In this document: positions 44,400 to 56,150 of the stretch, piece by piece
Numbering within the stretch: position 1 is the stretch's first letter
Layout of the letters: each line of letters starts with the position of its first letter
Source: an uncultured delta proteobacterium
GTDB lineage: Bacteria; Myxococcota_A; Polyangia; Palsa-1104
Assembly: GCA_963785725.1 (NCBI GenBank)
Contig: CAWAWS010000006.1
Span: 256,001-320,000 of the forward strand
DNA length: 64,000 bases
Reading direction: 5' to 3'
Translations under genes and position numbers: made by a program
Notes under the pieces: model-generated
What the model saw: only the letters and a program-made list of their open reading frames with translations
What the model was told of the DNA's origin: nothing
Database searches by the model: none

Positions 44400-46021
44400 G
44401 GCCCGAACGCGGCCGCCAATCCCGCGGGACGATCGCCGGCCGCAGGCGGGCAGTCGCCGTCCGATTCGTCGATGGTGCCGGCCGCGCAGGCGATGCACGC
44501 GTTGGTCGGCCCCGACTGCACGAGCTGCGACCGCGACGTGTACGACGCGTTGCCCGTGCGCACGTCGACGGCGTAGAGGCCGTACTCGATGATGTCCAGG
44601 TTCACCGTGCACGGCTCCTGCGAGAACGTGATCTTCGTGCCCGACTCGACATAGTGCGCGCGAATGGCGAACTCGGCGCGGTTGCCATCGGGCGTCATCG
44701 CCAGCTCGTACGCCTCGAGCGACGTCGGCCGCACCGGGATGTTGATCGTCTGAATGTCGCCGTTCGCCGACGCCGTCGACGCGATCGGGATGGAATAGGT
44801 GGGGCCGGCGAACGACAGCGCCGTCGACGCCCCGCTCGACAACGTCACGCGCTGCAGGATGAACGCGTTGGGCTGCGTCATGTCGCGGGTCGACGTCACC
44901 GCGAACACGACGCCGTCGACGACGCGCACGGCGCTCGGGCAGGTCACGCCGCCGAGCAGCACGGCCGGCGCCACGTTGCCCGGCGTCGCGCTCTCGAGGT
45001 CCAGCGTGGCGATCTGTCCGCTCGTCGCGTCGGCCAAGACCAGCGTGCCCGTCGCCGGGTCGACCGTGAGGTCGCTGACGAAGCCGGGCAGCGTGAACGT
45101 GCCGCCGACGGTGCCGTCGACGCCGACGACGACGATGCCGTTCGCCGCCGGCGTCGGTCCCGGGCTGCAGGGGTCGACGGTCGTGCCGCCGGTGAGCACG
45201 TACATCTTGAGCCCGTCGGGCGAAAACGCGATGGCGCGTCCGACTTGCCCGTTGAGCGACACCGTCTTCGCCATCGCCTGCGCCGGAGTCGCCTCGAGGC
45301 CGGCCACGTCGCTGATGAGGGCAAGCCCGCTCGTGCCCGGATCGAGCGCCACGAGCGCCATGTCGCGCGGCGCGACCCCGAGCCGCGACGGCGCAAACGG
45401 CAACGTCAGCGCCCCGGCGACGCTCGTGCCCGATCCGGTGTCGAACGCGCCCAGCGCCGTGCCGTTGGCGACGAAGAGGAAGCGGCCGTCCCAGCTGACC
45501 GCGCCCGCCGTCATGCCGGCGATGGCGCGCGGCCCGCTGCCCGCCGCCAAATCGACCGAGGAGTTGGGATCGAGGATCTGCACCTTGGCCGTCGCGTCGC
45601 CCGTCGCCATCTCGGGCGGCAGCGTCGAGCCGACGAAGATCAACGGCTTGCGTATGTCGGCCTCGTATTTTCGCGTCTTGCCCGTCTCGATGCTGACGTC
45701 GCGGATGCGCGCTTCGCCGAGCAAGTTGCCGCCCGAGAGCGCCGTGACGTAGACGTCGACCGGCGTGTCCGACGGCGTGAGCGCGCCCAGCGGCAGGCGT
45801 CCGCCGCTCGACCCGCCCGAGCCTTGCACGGCCGAGGCGATGCCGATGACCGTGCCCGACGCCGTGCGAATGTCGTATTCGCTGACCGTGGCCGGCGGTG
45901 CCACCGGGTCATATAAGGTGTTGGTCGGCGACGTGATGTCGAAGGTCACGGCGCCGCGACTGCCGCAAGCGGCCACGAGCGCACAGAGACCCAGAGCGCA
46001 ACCACCACGTAGGCGGGGCAT
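44396..46021 (-). CDS. Beta-propeller-like lipoprotein
   Basis: Lipobox VAA-C; repeated SWDG/SPDG/TPDG blade-like motifs. Confidence 0.7.
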   Translation of the reverse strand: MPRLRGGCALGLCALVAACGSRGAVTFDITSPTNTLYDPVAPPATVSEYDIRTASGTVIGIASAVQGSGGSSGGRLPLGALTPSDTPVDVYVTALSGGNLLGEARIRDVSIETGKTRKYEADIRKPLIFVGSTLPPEMATGDATAKVQILDPNSSVDLAAGSGPRAIAGMTAGAVSWDGRFLFVANGTALGAFDTGSGTSVAGALTLPFAPSRLGVAPRDMALVALDPGTSGLALISDVAGLEATPAQAMAKTVSLNGQVGRAIAFSPDGLKMYVLTGGTTVDPCSPGPTPAANGIVVVGVDGTVGGTFTLPGFVSDLTVDPATGTLVLADATSGQIATLDLESATPGNVAPAVLLGGVTCPSAVRVVDGVVFAVTSTRDMTQPNAFILQRVTLSSGASTALSFAGPTYSIPIASTASANGDIQTINIPVRPTSLEAYELAMTPDGNRAEFAIRAHYVESGTKITFSQEPCTVNLDIIEYGLYAVDVRTGNASYTSRSQLVQSGPTNACIACAAGTIDESDGDCPPAAGDRPAGLAAAFGP

Positions 46022-46056
46022 GCGCGCGAACTGTATCACAAGCTCGCCGTTCCTCG

Positions 46057-46143
46057 CGCCGGCGGCGCGGCGAGGGCCGCGGAGGCTCGCGTTGGGCGGG
46101 GTCGCCGGGCCGCCGCGGGTCGCGCTTCGCCGCGCCGCCGGCG
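46057..46143. repeat. Perfect 17-bp inverted repeat in a divergent intergenic region
   Basis: cgccggcggcgcggcga ... tcgccgcgccgccggcg. Confidence 0.75.
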
Positions 46144-46212
46144 AGGCGGGCTCAACTTGGTTGAATTACGGTCAGTTCCTTGGCATCATCTACCGCTGGG
46201 ACAATGTCCGTA

Positions 46213-47949
46213 GTGGCTCCCATGCCGGGTCCGGCCGCCGCCGTCCGTGACCTGCCGAGCGTCTTCGGCCGATATCTCCTGCTCAAGCGCTTGTCGCGGG
46301 GCGGCATGGGCGAGATTTTTCTCGCGAAGCTGGGCGAGATCCAAGGCTTCGAGAAGCTCGTCATCATCAAGAAGGTCTTGCCGCACCTCGTCGCCGACCA
46401 GGAGTTCATCAAGCGCTTCATCGACGAGGCGCAGGTCGCCATCAAGCTGCAGCACGGCAACATCGCGCCCGTCTTCGAGGTCGGCAAGGTCGAGGGCGAA
46501 TACTTCCTCGCCATCGAGTACATCGAGGGCCGCGATCTGCGCCGCACGATCACGCGCCAGCGCGAAGAGCGCACGCGACTGCCGCCCGATCTCGCGCTCT
46601 TCATCGTCCGCGAGCTCGCCTCGGGCTTGGCCTACGCGCACCGCAAGACCGACGAATCGGGCAAGTCGCTGGCGCTCGTGCACTGCGACATCTCGCCGCC
46701 GAATGTCATGGTGTCGTTCGAGGGCGAGGTCAAGATCATCGACTTCGGCATCGCCAAGAGCGCCATTCGCATCGCCGAGACGAACCCCAACATGGGCTTC
46801 GGCAAGTTCGGCTACATGGCGCCCGAGCAGCTGATTCGCGGCGGCATCGTCGACAAGCGCACCGACGTCTACGCGGCCGGCGTCGTCTTGTACGAGCTTT
46901 TGTGCGGCGAGCGGCTGTTCACGTTCCCCGAAGGCGCCGACTATCGCGCCATCGCGCGCATGGTCACGGCGGGCAAGTTCAAGCCGCCGTCTCAACGTGA
47001 CCCGCGGCTCGATCCCGATCTCGATCGCATCGTCATGAAGGCGCTGGCGTCGCAGAAGGACGAGCGCTTCCAGACGGCCGAGGAGTTCCGCGACGCGATC
47101 CAAGTGAAGCTGTCGCAGATGAACCCGACGATGAACGCGGACGCGCTCGCGCACTTCCTGCGCGGCCTTTTCCGCGACGAGATCACCGAAGAGCACGCGC
47201 TCGTCGCCAGCATGAAGGCCGTCGACGTGGCGCCGTTCCAGAACGAGCTCGACGCGGCGACGCATCAGCACACGGTCACCTACGCGCGGGCGTCGCTCGT
47301 CAATCGCATCATCTCGCGTACCGGTTCGGCGGGATCGAGCTCGATTCCGCTCATGCCCTCGGACAAGATGCTGCTGGCGCATCCGCAGCGGCGCGGGCTG
47401 TTCATCGCCGGGACGCTGGCGGCGCTGATGGCCGGCGGCGCACTGGCGGCGTGGCTGGCGCGACCGACGCAGCCCGATCCGGTGCCGGCGCAGAATACGG
47501 CACCGCAGCCGCAGCCGCCGCAGAACCTGCCGGCGGCGACGCCGCAGCCGCAGCTGCCGACGCAGCCGGTGGTGACGCAGCTGACGGCGGGCTCGACGCA
47601 TCCGTCGCCGCAGACGATTCAGATGCAGCAGGTGAAGTCGACGACGCCGCCGCGCAACCTGCAGCATCCGATCAAGCATCCGCCGAAGCCGGTGCCGAAG
47701 GCGCCGCCGCCGCCGCACGTCGTCGCCGCCAAACCGGCGGCGCACACGCCCGAGCAGGTGCAGGCGAAGTTCAGCAAAGTGCGCGGCGAATACGCGGCGT
47801 TCAAGAGCCAATACGGCTCGGTGCTGGAAGACAAGTGGAACGCCATCGCCAGCGAAGTCACGTTCGGCAAGGCCGACAAGTTCGACCGCGTCGACTCCAT
47901 GCTCGATGCGTTGCGCCGCGAAATGACGCGCGTGCGCAGCGGCAATTAA
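46213..47949 (+). CDS. Membrane-anchored Ser/Thr protein kinase (HCD, non-RD catalytic loop)
   Basis: GGMGEIF, IIKKVLP, HCDISPPN, DFGIA, YMAPE; TM helix and Pro/Gln linker. Start could be 46204, 46213 or 46222. Confidence 0.9.
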   Translation: MAPMPGPAAAVRDLPSVFGRYLLLKRLSRGGMGEIFLAKLGEIQGFEKLVIIKKVLPHLVADQEFIKRFIDEAQVAIKLQHGNIAPVFEVGKVEGEYFLAIEYIEGRDLRRTITRQREERTRLPPDLALFIVRELASGLAYAHRKTDESGKSLALVHCDISPPNVMVSFEGEVKIIDFGIAKSAIRIAETNPNMGFGKFGYMAPEQLIRGGIVDKRTDVYAAGVVLYELLCGERLFTFPEGADYRAIARMVTAGKFKPPSQRDPRLDPDLDRIVMKALASQKDERFQTAEEFRDAIQVKLSQMNPTMNADALAHFLRGLFRDEITEEHALVASMKAVDVAPFQNELDAATHQHTVTYARASLVNRIISRTGSAGSSSIPLMPSDKMLLAHPQRRGLFIAGTLAALMAGGALAAWLARPTQPDPVPAQNTAPQPQPPQNLPAATPQPQLPTQPVVTQLTAGSTHPSPQTIQMQQVKSTTPPRNLQHPIKHPPKPVPKAPPPPHVVAAKPAAHTPEQVQAKFSKVRGEYAAFKSQYGSVLEDKWNAIASEVTFGKADKFDRVDSMLDALRREMTRVRSGN

Positions 47950-48178
47950 ACGGTGTCGCGTAGGTTGGGCGACAAGCGGAAGACAAGGAAGACGCGAGGA
48001 GCCCGCGCAGCATACGTGCAGGCACCGCAGCGGCTGACGCTGGATTACGCGCTGGATCACAAGCTAGGCGACGCTGCTTAGTTACGCCCGTCGCATAGCG
48101 GACATCGTTTCCCTCAAAGACACGGGAAATTTTCAAAATTGCCTGGCATTCGCTACGCGTCATCGTTTTTCATGCGGC

Positions 48179-49549
48179 ATGCGGAATTGCTTACTCTTGT
48201 TCGCGTGCCTTGGAATCATCGGTTGCGGCGGCGGTGACAAAGGCGGTCAGGATGCCGGCGTCGGCGACGACATGGCCGGCGGCGGCCCGGCCTCGTGCAT
48301 GCTCCCGACGAACGCCACGCTCGATACGCAGCGGCAGTCGTGCACGTTCGCGGCCGGCGCGTCGGCTGTCGACACGCTGGGCGTGAACGAGGCCAGCCGC
48401 GCGGCGCTGCCGATCAAGCACGTCATCGTGCTCATGAAGGAGAACCGCTCCTTCGATCACATGTTCGGTCAGCTGTCGGTCTCGACGCAGCCGATGTCGG
48501 AGCCGGTGCCGTCGACGTTCGCCAACCTCGACGCGACCGGCGCGACGGTGCCGCCGTACCACCTGCCGGCGACGTGCTGGCCGTACGATCCGCATCATCA
48601 GTGGGACGACATGCACGCGATGGTCGACGGCGGCAAGATGGACGGCTTCGTCACCAACGCCGCCGCCAACAACGATCCCTATCCGCCGCTGGGTCAGACG
48701 CTGCCGCCGTCGGACGGCCACTTCACGATGGGCTATTACACGCAGACCGATCTGCCGTTCTACTACTGGCTCGCCAGCAACTTCGCGCTCGCCGATCGCT
48801 ACTTCGCGTCGGTGCAGTCGGGCACGTGGGCCAATCGCGACTATCTCGTGGCCGCGACGTCGAACGGCACCAAGAACACCGGCACCGATCCGGCGCTGTC
48901 GGGCGTGCCGCTCATCTTCGACGAGCTCGACACCGCCAACGTCACCTGGCAGGTCTACACCAACGACTTCGCGCCGCTCGAGTTCTCGGTCAACTGGACC
49001 AATCGCAAGCCCAAAGGCTCGGTGCAGGACTTCTTCACTGCGCTGTCCGACGGCTCGTTGCCGCAAGTCGCGTTCATCGACGCCACGACCTCGCTGACGC
49101 CGCCGGAAACCGACGAGCACCCGCCGGCCGACGTGCAGGTCGGCGAAGCGTGGACGCGCCAGCTCGTCGCGCAGCTCATCGCCAGCCCGCTGTGGGCGTC
49201 GTCGGTGCTGTTCTACACCTACGACGAAGCCGGCGGTTACGCCGACCACGTGCCGCCGCCGTCGAGCTGCGCGCCCAGCCCCGATCAGTCGGAGTTCACC
49301 GAGCTCGGCGTGCGCGTGCCGTTCGTGGTCGTGTCGCCGTACGCCAAGCGCAACTTCGTGTCGCACGAGCAGCATCAGCACACGTCGATCTTGCGCTTCA
49401 TCGAGCTGCTCTACGGCGTGCCGGCGTTGACTGCGCGCGACGCCAACTCGGACGCGCTGCTCGACCTCTTCGACTTCTGCTCGACGCCGCCCGCGGTCGA
49501 CGTCACGGCGATGCCGATGGCCGGCACCGGCGGCTGCACGACAATGTAA
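48179..49549 (+). CDS. Phosphoesterase / phospholipase C (PlcN/AcpA family) lipoprotein
   Basis: ENRSFDHMFG, SGTWANR, DEHPP, YDEAGGYADHVPPP, GVRVPFVVVSPY; lipobox IIG-C. Confidence 0.9.
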   Translation: MRNCLLLFACLGIIGCGGGDKGGQDAGVGDDMAGGGPASCMLPTNATLDTQRQSCTFAAGASAVDTLGVNEASRAALPIKHVIVLMKENRSFDHMFGQLSVSTQPMSEPVPSTFANLDATGATVPPYHLPATCWPYDPHHQWDDMHAMVDGGKMDGFVTNAAANNDPYPPLGQTLPPSDGHFTMGYYTQTDLPFYYWLASNFALADRYFASVQSGTWANRDYLVAATSNGTKNTGTDPALSGVPLIFDELDTANVTWQVYTNDFAPLEFSVNWTNRKPKGSVQDFFTALSDGSLPQVAFIDATTSLTPPETDEHPPADVQVGEAWTRQLVAQLIASPLWASSVLFYTYDEAGGYADHVPPPSSCAPSPDQSEFTELGVRVPFVVVSPYAKRNFVSHEQHQHTSILRFIELLYGVPALTARDANSDALLDLFDFCSTPPAVDVTAMPMAGTGGCTTM

Positions 49550-49604
49550 CGCGGCGTCCCAAAACGGCGATGCGAACGCGCGCGACGCGTGCTAGATTGC
49601 GCGC

Positions 49605-50402
49605 ATGTATTTGACGGCGCGCCTCGTCGAGAATCGACCGCTCGGGCGCGGAAATTTCGTGTTGCGGCTGGCGCTGCCCGAAGCCCACGCCGACGCGCTG
49701 CAAAGCGCCAAGCCGGGACAGTTCGTGATGCTACGCGCCGAGTGGGGCCGCGATCCGCTGCTGCCGCGCGCGTTCTCCATTCTCCGGCTGTGCGACGGCG
49801 GCCTCGAGATCCTCGTCAAAGCGATCGGTCGCGGCACGCGCCTCCTGCAGCTGTTGACGGAAGGCGCGCCCTTGTCGCTGCTCGGTCCGCTCGGCAGCGC
49901 GTTTGCGCCGACCGAGAGCGGCGGCGATTGGCTCGTGGCCGGCGGCGTCGGGCTGGCGCCGCTCTTGTGGTTCGCCGAGCAGCATCCGGGCGCGAAGCCG
50001 CACACGCTCGTCTACGGCGCGCGCACGGCCGAAGATTTGGTGCTGCTCGATGACATCCGCAAATCGGGCGCGCACCTCGTGTTGACCACCGAAGACGGCA
50101 GCGCGCCCGCCGGCTACGAAGTCATCCGCGGCCGCGTCACCGACGCCATGGCGCAACGGCTGCCCGGTCGCGCCGGCGGCGGTCGCGTCTTGACCTGCGG
50201 ACCGAACGCCATGATGCGCGCCGTCGTCGAGCAAGCCCGCGCGCACGACTTGCCGTGCCTCGTCAGCGTCGAAGGCGAGATGGCGTGCGGCATCGGCGCC
50301 TGTCTCGGCTGCGCCGTCCCGCTCACCGACGGCAGCCGCCCGTTCGCCTACGCCTGTACCGACGGCCCCGTCTTCGACGCCGCGCGAGTCGTGATTCCAT
50401 GA
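49605..50402 (+). CDS. pyrK: Dihydroorotate dehydrogenase B electron transfer subunit
   Basis: PGQFVML, RAFS, AGGVGLAP, MACGIGACLGC...CTDGPVF. Confidence 0.92.
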   Translation: MYLTARLVENRPLGRGNFVLRLALPEAHADALQSAKPGQFVMLRAEWGRDPLLPRAFSILRLCDGGLEILVKAIGRGTRLLQLLTEGAPLSLLGPLGSAFAPTESGGDWLVAGGVGLAPLLWFAEQHPGAKPHTLVYGARTAEDLVLLDDIRKSGAHLVLTTEDGSAPAGYEVIRGRVTDAMAQRLPGRAGGGRVLTCGPNAMMRAVVEQARAHDLPCLVSVEGEMACGIGACLGCAVPLTDGSRPFAYACTDGPVFDAARVVIP

Positions 50403-50484
50403 GCCAGCCCAAGCGAGCGAATGTGAGCGTGGCCCGTCCGGCCCGCGGATCGAACCTGTGCTGGCGAACGCAGTGGGTGCGTTC

Positions 50485-51453
50485 GTGAGTATCGACGCCG
50501 TGAATCATCGCGAAGCGGATCCCAATGCGCCGACGCCGAGCCTGCGCGTCCACTTCGCCGGGCTCGACTGCGTGACGCCGATCTGGACCGCATCCGGCAC
50601 CTTCGGCTACGGCAAAGAGTTCGCGCCCTATCTGCCGCTCGAGTCGCTGGGCGCCATCTGCACCAAGGGCATCTCGCCGAAGCCGCGCGGCGGCAACCCG
50701 CTGCCGCGCATCTGCGAGACCGCGTCGGGCATGATCAACTCGATCGGCCTCGAAAACGTCGGCGTCGAAGGCTTCCGCGAACAAAAGCTGCCGCTCTTGC
50801 GCAAGTCGGGCACGCAGGTCGTCGTCAACTTCTTCGGCGAGACCTTCGACGAATACATCGCCTGCGGCGCCGCGCTCGACGCGCTCGACGGCGTGCACAT
50901 GCTCGAGATGAACGTCAGCTGCCCCAACGTGAAGAAGGGCGGCGTCGAATACGGCACCGATCCCAACGTGTTGCGCGATCTCGTCCAGCAGTGTCGCGCG
51001 GTCATCAAGAAGCCGCTCATCATCAAGCTGACGCCCAACACGACCGACGTCGTCGCCATCGCCAAAGCCTCGATGGACGGCGGCGCCGACGGCTTGTCCG
51101 TCATCAACACGCTGTCCGCCATGGCCATCGACGCCCGCAAGCGGCGGCCGCGCATCGCCACGACGTTCGGCGGCCTGTCGGGACCGGCCATCAAGCCGAT
51201 CGCGCTGCGCATGGTCTACCAAGTCCACCGCGCCATGCCCAACGTGCCGATCAGCGGCATCGGCGGCATCGCGACCGGCGAAGACGTGGCCGAGTTCCTG
51301 CTCGCCGGCGCGACGACGGTGCAGGTCGGCACGCAGAGCTTCGCCGAGCCGCACGCGGCGACACGCATTCGTGACGAGCTCGTCCAGTTCATGCGCGAAG
51401 AAAAAATCACGGACGTGCGAGAATTGATCGGCGGTCTGCAAGGCGGTCGCTGA
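50485..51453 (+). CDS. pyrD: Dihydroorotate dehydrogenase family 1B catalytic subunit
   Basis: ASGTFGYG, GNPLPRI, NVSCPN, KLTPN, GGLSGPAIKP; start approximate. Confidence 0.94.
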   Translation: MSIDAVNHREADPNAPTPSLRVHFAGLDCVTPIWTASGTFGYGKEFAPYLPLESLGAICTKGISPKPRGGNPLPRICETASGMINSIGLENVGVEGFREQKLPLLRKSGTQVVVNFFGETFDEYIACGAALDALDGVHMLEMNVSCPNVKKGGVEYGTDPNVLRDLVQQCRAVIKKPLIIKLTPNTTDVVAIAKASMDGGADGLSVINTLSAMAIDARKRRPRIATTFGGLSGPAIKPIALRMVYQVHRAMPNVPISGIGGIATGEDVAEFLLAGATTVQVGTQSFAEPHAATRIRDELVQFMREEKITDVRELIGGLQGGR

Positions 51454-51494
51454 CGCAGCGGCGACCGCTATCCAGCAGCGTCGTTTTTCGATAA

Positions 51495-51899
<405 letters not shown>

Positions 51900-51929
51900 G
51901 CTTTCACGCCTCTTAAGGAGAACATCACG

Positions 51930-53359
<1,430 letters not shown>

Positions 53360-53382
53360 TCGCCGATCGACCGCAGTAACCG

Positions 53383-53417
53383 AAGAGGCCGAGCCGCAAC
53401 GCTCGGCCTCTTTTTTT
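53383..53417 (+). terminator. Rho-independent terminator after glnA
   Basis: AAGAGGCCGAGC-loop-GCTCGGCCTCTT running into a T tract. Confidence 0.9.
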
Positions 53418-53433
53418 GCGCCCGTCGGAACGC

Positions 53434-54954
53434 TTAGTGCGCCAACAAGTACGCTTCGAGCGCCAGCTTGTGATCGTCGGTCAGCGCGCAGGTCATGTCG
53501 TGGCCGGTCGCCCCGAACGCCGCCTCCGTGTTCGTCGGCCGCGGCGTGCGACAAAAGAGCGCGTCCAGCGATGGCAGCGAGCCGTTGTGCAGAAAGCGGC
53601 TCATCGCCCACTCACCGACGAGTCGCGGCGCCTTCACTTGGTGCGTCAGCTGCACCGTCTCGTCCGCCGGCAAGTTGCAGCACGCCATGCCGAGCCCCGT
53701 CGGATCGAGCCAGTCGCGCAGGGCGTCGTCGGTCCCGATGGCGCTGAAGTCGTAGAGCTGCGTGCCCGAGCCGCGCGGCCCCGCGTGACAGCCGATGCAG
53801 CCGTCGCTGTAGAAGTCGGCGAGGCCTTGCGCGACGAGCGCGGCGTCGGGCGGCGACGGGTTGGCCGGCGGGCGCAGTGAGAAGACGTAGTCGGCGAGCG
53901 GCTGCAGCTTGGCGTCCGTCCACGTCGCCTCGGGACCGCCGCCGAAGCCGACGAAGCCGTGCAAGAAGTCCATGACGCTCGTCGTGCCGCCGGTCCAGCC
54001 GAGCCAGGCGCTGTCGAGCCCGGCGGCGGCGAGCTCGTCCGGCGGCGCCAGCGACCACAGCGGCGAGATCTTGCTGATCGTATGCACCGTGTCGTCGATG
54101 GGCAGCGGCTGAATGAGAAAGTCCATCGTCCCCGACAGCCACGTCGCGTAGTGATGCTCGTTGTCCATCGTCAAGGTCGGCATGCTTCCGGCCGCGCCCG
54201 CCAACGGCAGCACCGCCGCCAACAGCTTCGCCGACAGCGTCGCGTCCGCCTTGATGGCGTCGAGGATCGGCTGCACGGCGGCGACGGCGTCGGGATCGTG
54301 GCCCGACGTGCTGCCGCCCAGGCCCAGCGACGGCACCAGCATCAGCGCCAACACCTGCTTACCGTAATCGTAGGCGTGATTGGGCGCGCCCACCGCATAA
54401 CGACCGTCGGACAGCTGGGCGAAGTGACAGCTCGCGCAGGTGAACGCCAGCGCGTCGGCGCCGTTGGCTGGTGTCGTCGGTGCCAGACCGAGCGGATAGG
54501 ACTCCGTCGACGTCGGATCGGCGACCAGGCCCAGCTGTGTGAAGCCGGCGCCGACTTCGTTGGGGAAATTTTGCGCCAAGAACTGCACCAGCGACGCGGG
54601 CACGCCGGTGGTGCCGAATGACTCGTAGAAGAACATCGACTTGCCGCAGAGCAGCCGCGATTTGTCGTCGCTGGCGCCGGCGAAGTAGCGATCGCAGGCG
54701 CCCGTCAGCTGTCCGTTTTCGAGCACGGCGTTCAAGTCCGACGAGACGTTGGTCAGGCCGAAGGCGCCGTCGGGCAGCGGCGCCAAGGGATCGACGAGCG
54801 CGCCGCCGTCGCCGCCGATACCGACGGGCGCGCCGCCGGCGTTGCCGCCGCCCGCCGTTCCCGCGCCGCCACTTGGCTCGCTCCCGCCGCCGGACCCGGA
54901 CGACGATGAGGAGGCACAACCCGCCACCAACAACAGCGCCATGAGCTTGTTCAT
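53434..54954 (-). CDS. Di-heme c-type cytochrome lipoprotein (RoxA/MauG/bCcP-superfamily-like)
   Basis: Lipobox VAG-C; CASCH and CIGCH; FLHNGSLPSL motif; terminal GH and LEAYL. Confidence 0.8.
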   Translation of the reverse strand: MNKLMALLLVAGCASSSSSGSGGGSEPSGGAGTAGGGNAGGAPVGIGGDGGALVDPLAPLPDGAFGLTNVSSDLNAVLENGQLTGACDRYFAGASDDKSRLLCGKSMFFYESFGTTGVPASLVQFLAQNFPNEVGAGFTQLGLVADPTSTESYPLGLAPTTPANGADALAFTCASCHFAQLSDGRYAVGAPNHAYDYGKQVLALMLVPSLGLGGSTSGHDPDAVAAVQPILDAIKADATLSAKLLAAVLPLAGAAGSMPTLTMDNEHHYATWLSGTMDFLIQPLPIDDTVHTISKISPLWSLAPPDELAAAGLDSAWLGWTGGTTSVMDFLHGFVGFGGGPEATWTDAKLQPLADYVFSLRPPANPSPPDAALVAQGLADFYSDGCIGCHAGPRGSGTQLYDFSAIGTDDALRDWLDPTGLGMACCNLPADETVQLTHQVKAPRLVGEWAMSRFLHNGSLPSLDALFCRTPRPTNTEAAFGATGHDMTCALTDDHKLALEAYLLAH

Positions 54955-54961
54955 GCGCGCA

Positions 54962-54979
54962 GTTAAAAATATTTTTAAC
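54962..54979. promoter_or_regulatory. Perfect 18-bp AT-rich palindrome (candidate operator)
   Basis: GTTAAAAATATTTTTAAC, 7 nt from the cytochrome ATG; TTGACC -35-like box on the minus strand at 54985-54990. Confidence 0.65.
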
Positions 54980-55217
54980 AAACGGGTCAAGAAGTTAAAA
55001 AAATACTTAATTCGACCTCTTTTGTGTCCCGCGCGACGCGTTCGCGGCACGATCGCGGCTGGGCGCGTCTCGGCCCGCCCGCGTCGCTTTCGCCGGTCGC
55101 CTGCGTCGCGCCAGCCGGCCAGCTGACATTCCCGAGCGCCGTCGCGGTATGTATTTGCGGCGGCCAACCCCGAAGTGGGATAAGCTGCTCTCTGTAGGCT
55201 TATATGCGTGTCGGAAA

Positions 55218-55246
55218 TTGACGTACTTCCGATAATTTCGTACAAT
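55218..55246 (+). promoter_or_regulatory. Near-consensus sigma-70 promoter for leaderless psd (TTGACG-17-TACAAT, 7 nt to ATG)
   Basis: Read directly from the sequence. Confidence 0.8.
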
Positions 55247-55253
55247 TGACCGA

Positions 55254-56147
55254 ATGCTCACTTGGTCGCACGTGCGCGAACGGGTCGCAGTGGACGTCTT
55301 GCGCTGGACGCCCAAAGGCACCCTTTCGCGAGGAATTGGCTGGGCTGCCAGCCGCCGCGTTCCGCGCCCGCTGCGCGGCGCTTTGTACGGCGGCTTCGCC
55401 CGCGCCGTGGGCGCCGATCTGTCGGCGCTGGACCGGCCGGTCACCGACTTCGAACGCTTCGACGACTTCTTCACGCGGCCGCTGCGCGCGGGTGCGCGCC
55501 CCATCGCCGGCGGCGACGGCGTCGTGGTCTCGCCGGTCGACGGCCTCGTATCCGAAGCGGGCGTGGCCGAAGGCGGCCGGCTGATTCAGTGCAAAGGGCG
55601 CGACTACACGATCGCCGGCCTGCTCGCCGACACCGTCGAGGCGCGCGCCTTCGAAGGCGGCCATTACGCGACCATCTACTTGTCGCCGCGCGACTATCAC
55701 CGCATTCACTCGCCCGTCGACGGCAAGGTCACCGGCTACCGGCACATCCCGGGCGCTTTTTTCCCGGTGAACCCGATGTCGGTGCGCAACGTCGCCGGCC
55801 TGTTCTCCATCAACGAGCGGCTCGTCACCTATCTCGACAGTGACGTCGGCCGCGTCGCCGTCGTCGCCGTCGCCGCCACCGGCGTCGGCCACATCACCGC
55901 CAGCTACGACCGCGAAGTGCGCACCCATCGCGGTGGCGCCGCCGGCCGACACGGCTGGGCGCAGCGTTACGCTTCGCCGCGTCCGCTCGGTCGCGGCGCC
56001 GAGCTCGGCATGTTCCACTTGGGCTCGACGGTGATTCTGCTCTTCGAGCCCGGTCGGGTGCGCCTGGCGACGGCGCGCGAGCAGGTGCTCAAGGTCGGCG
56101 AACGCATCGGCGAGCGCGGCGATCAAGAGCGCGAGTTCGCGGCATAA
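55254..56147 (+). CDS. psd: Phosphatidylserine decarboxylase proenzyme
   Basis: FFTRPL, SPVDG, YLSPRDYHRIHSP, NER, LGST autocleavage site. Confidence 0.93.
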   Translation: MLTWSHVRERVAVDVLRWTPKGTLSRGIGWAASRRVPRPLRGALYGGFARAVGADLSALDRPVTDFERFDDFFTRPLRAGARPIAGGDGVVVSPVDGLVSEAGVAEGGRLIQCKGRDYTIAGLLADTVEARAFEGGHYATIYLSPRDYHRIHSPVDGKVTGYRHIPGAFFPVNPMSVRNVAGLFSINERLVTYLDSDVGRVAVVAVAATGVGHITASYDREVRTHRGGAAGRHGWAQRYASPRPLGRGAELGMFHLGSTVILLFEPGRVRLATAREQVLKVGERIGERGDQEREFAA

Positions 56148-56150
56148 GGC

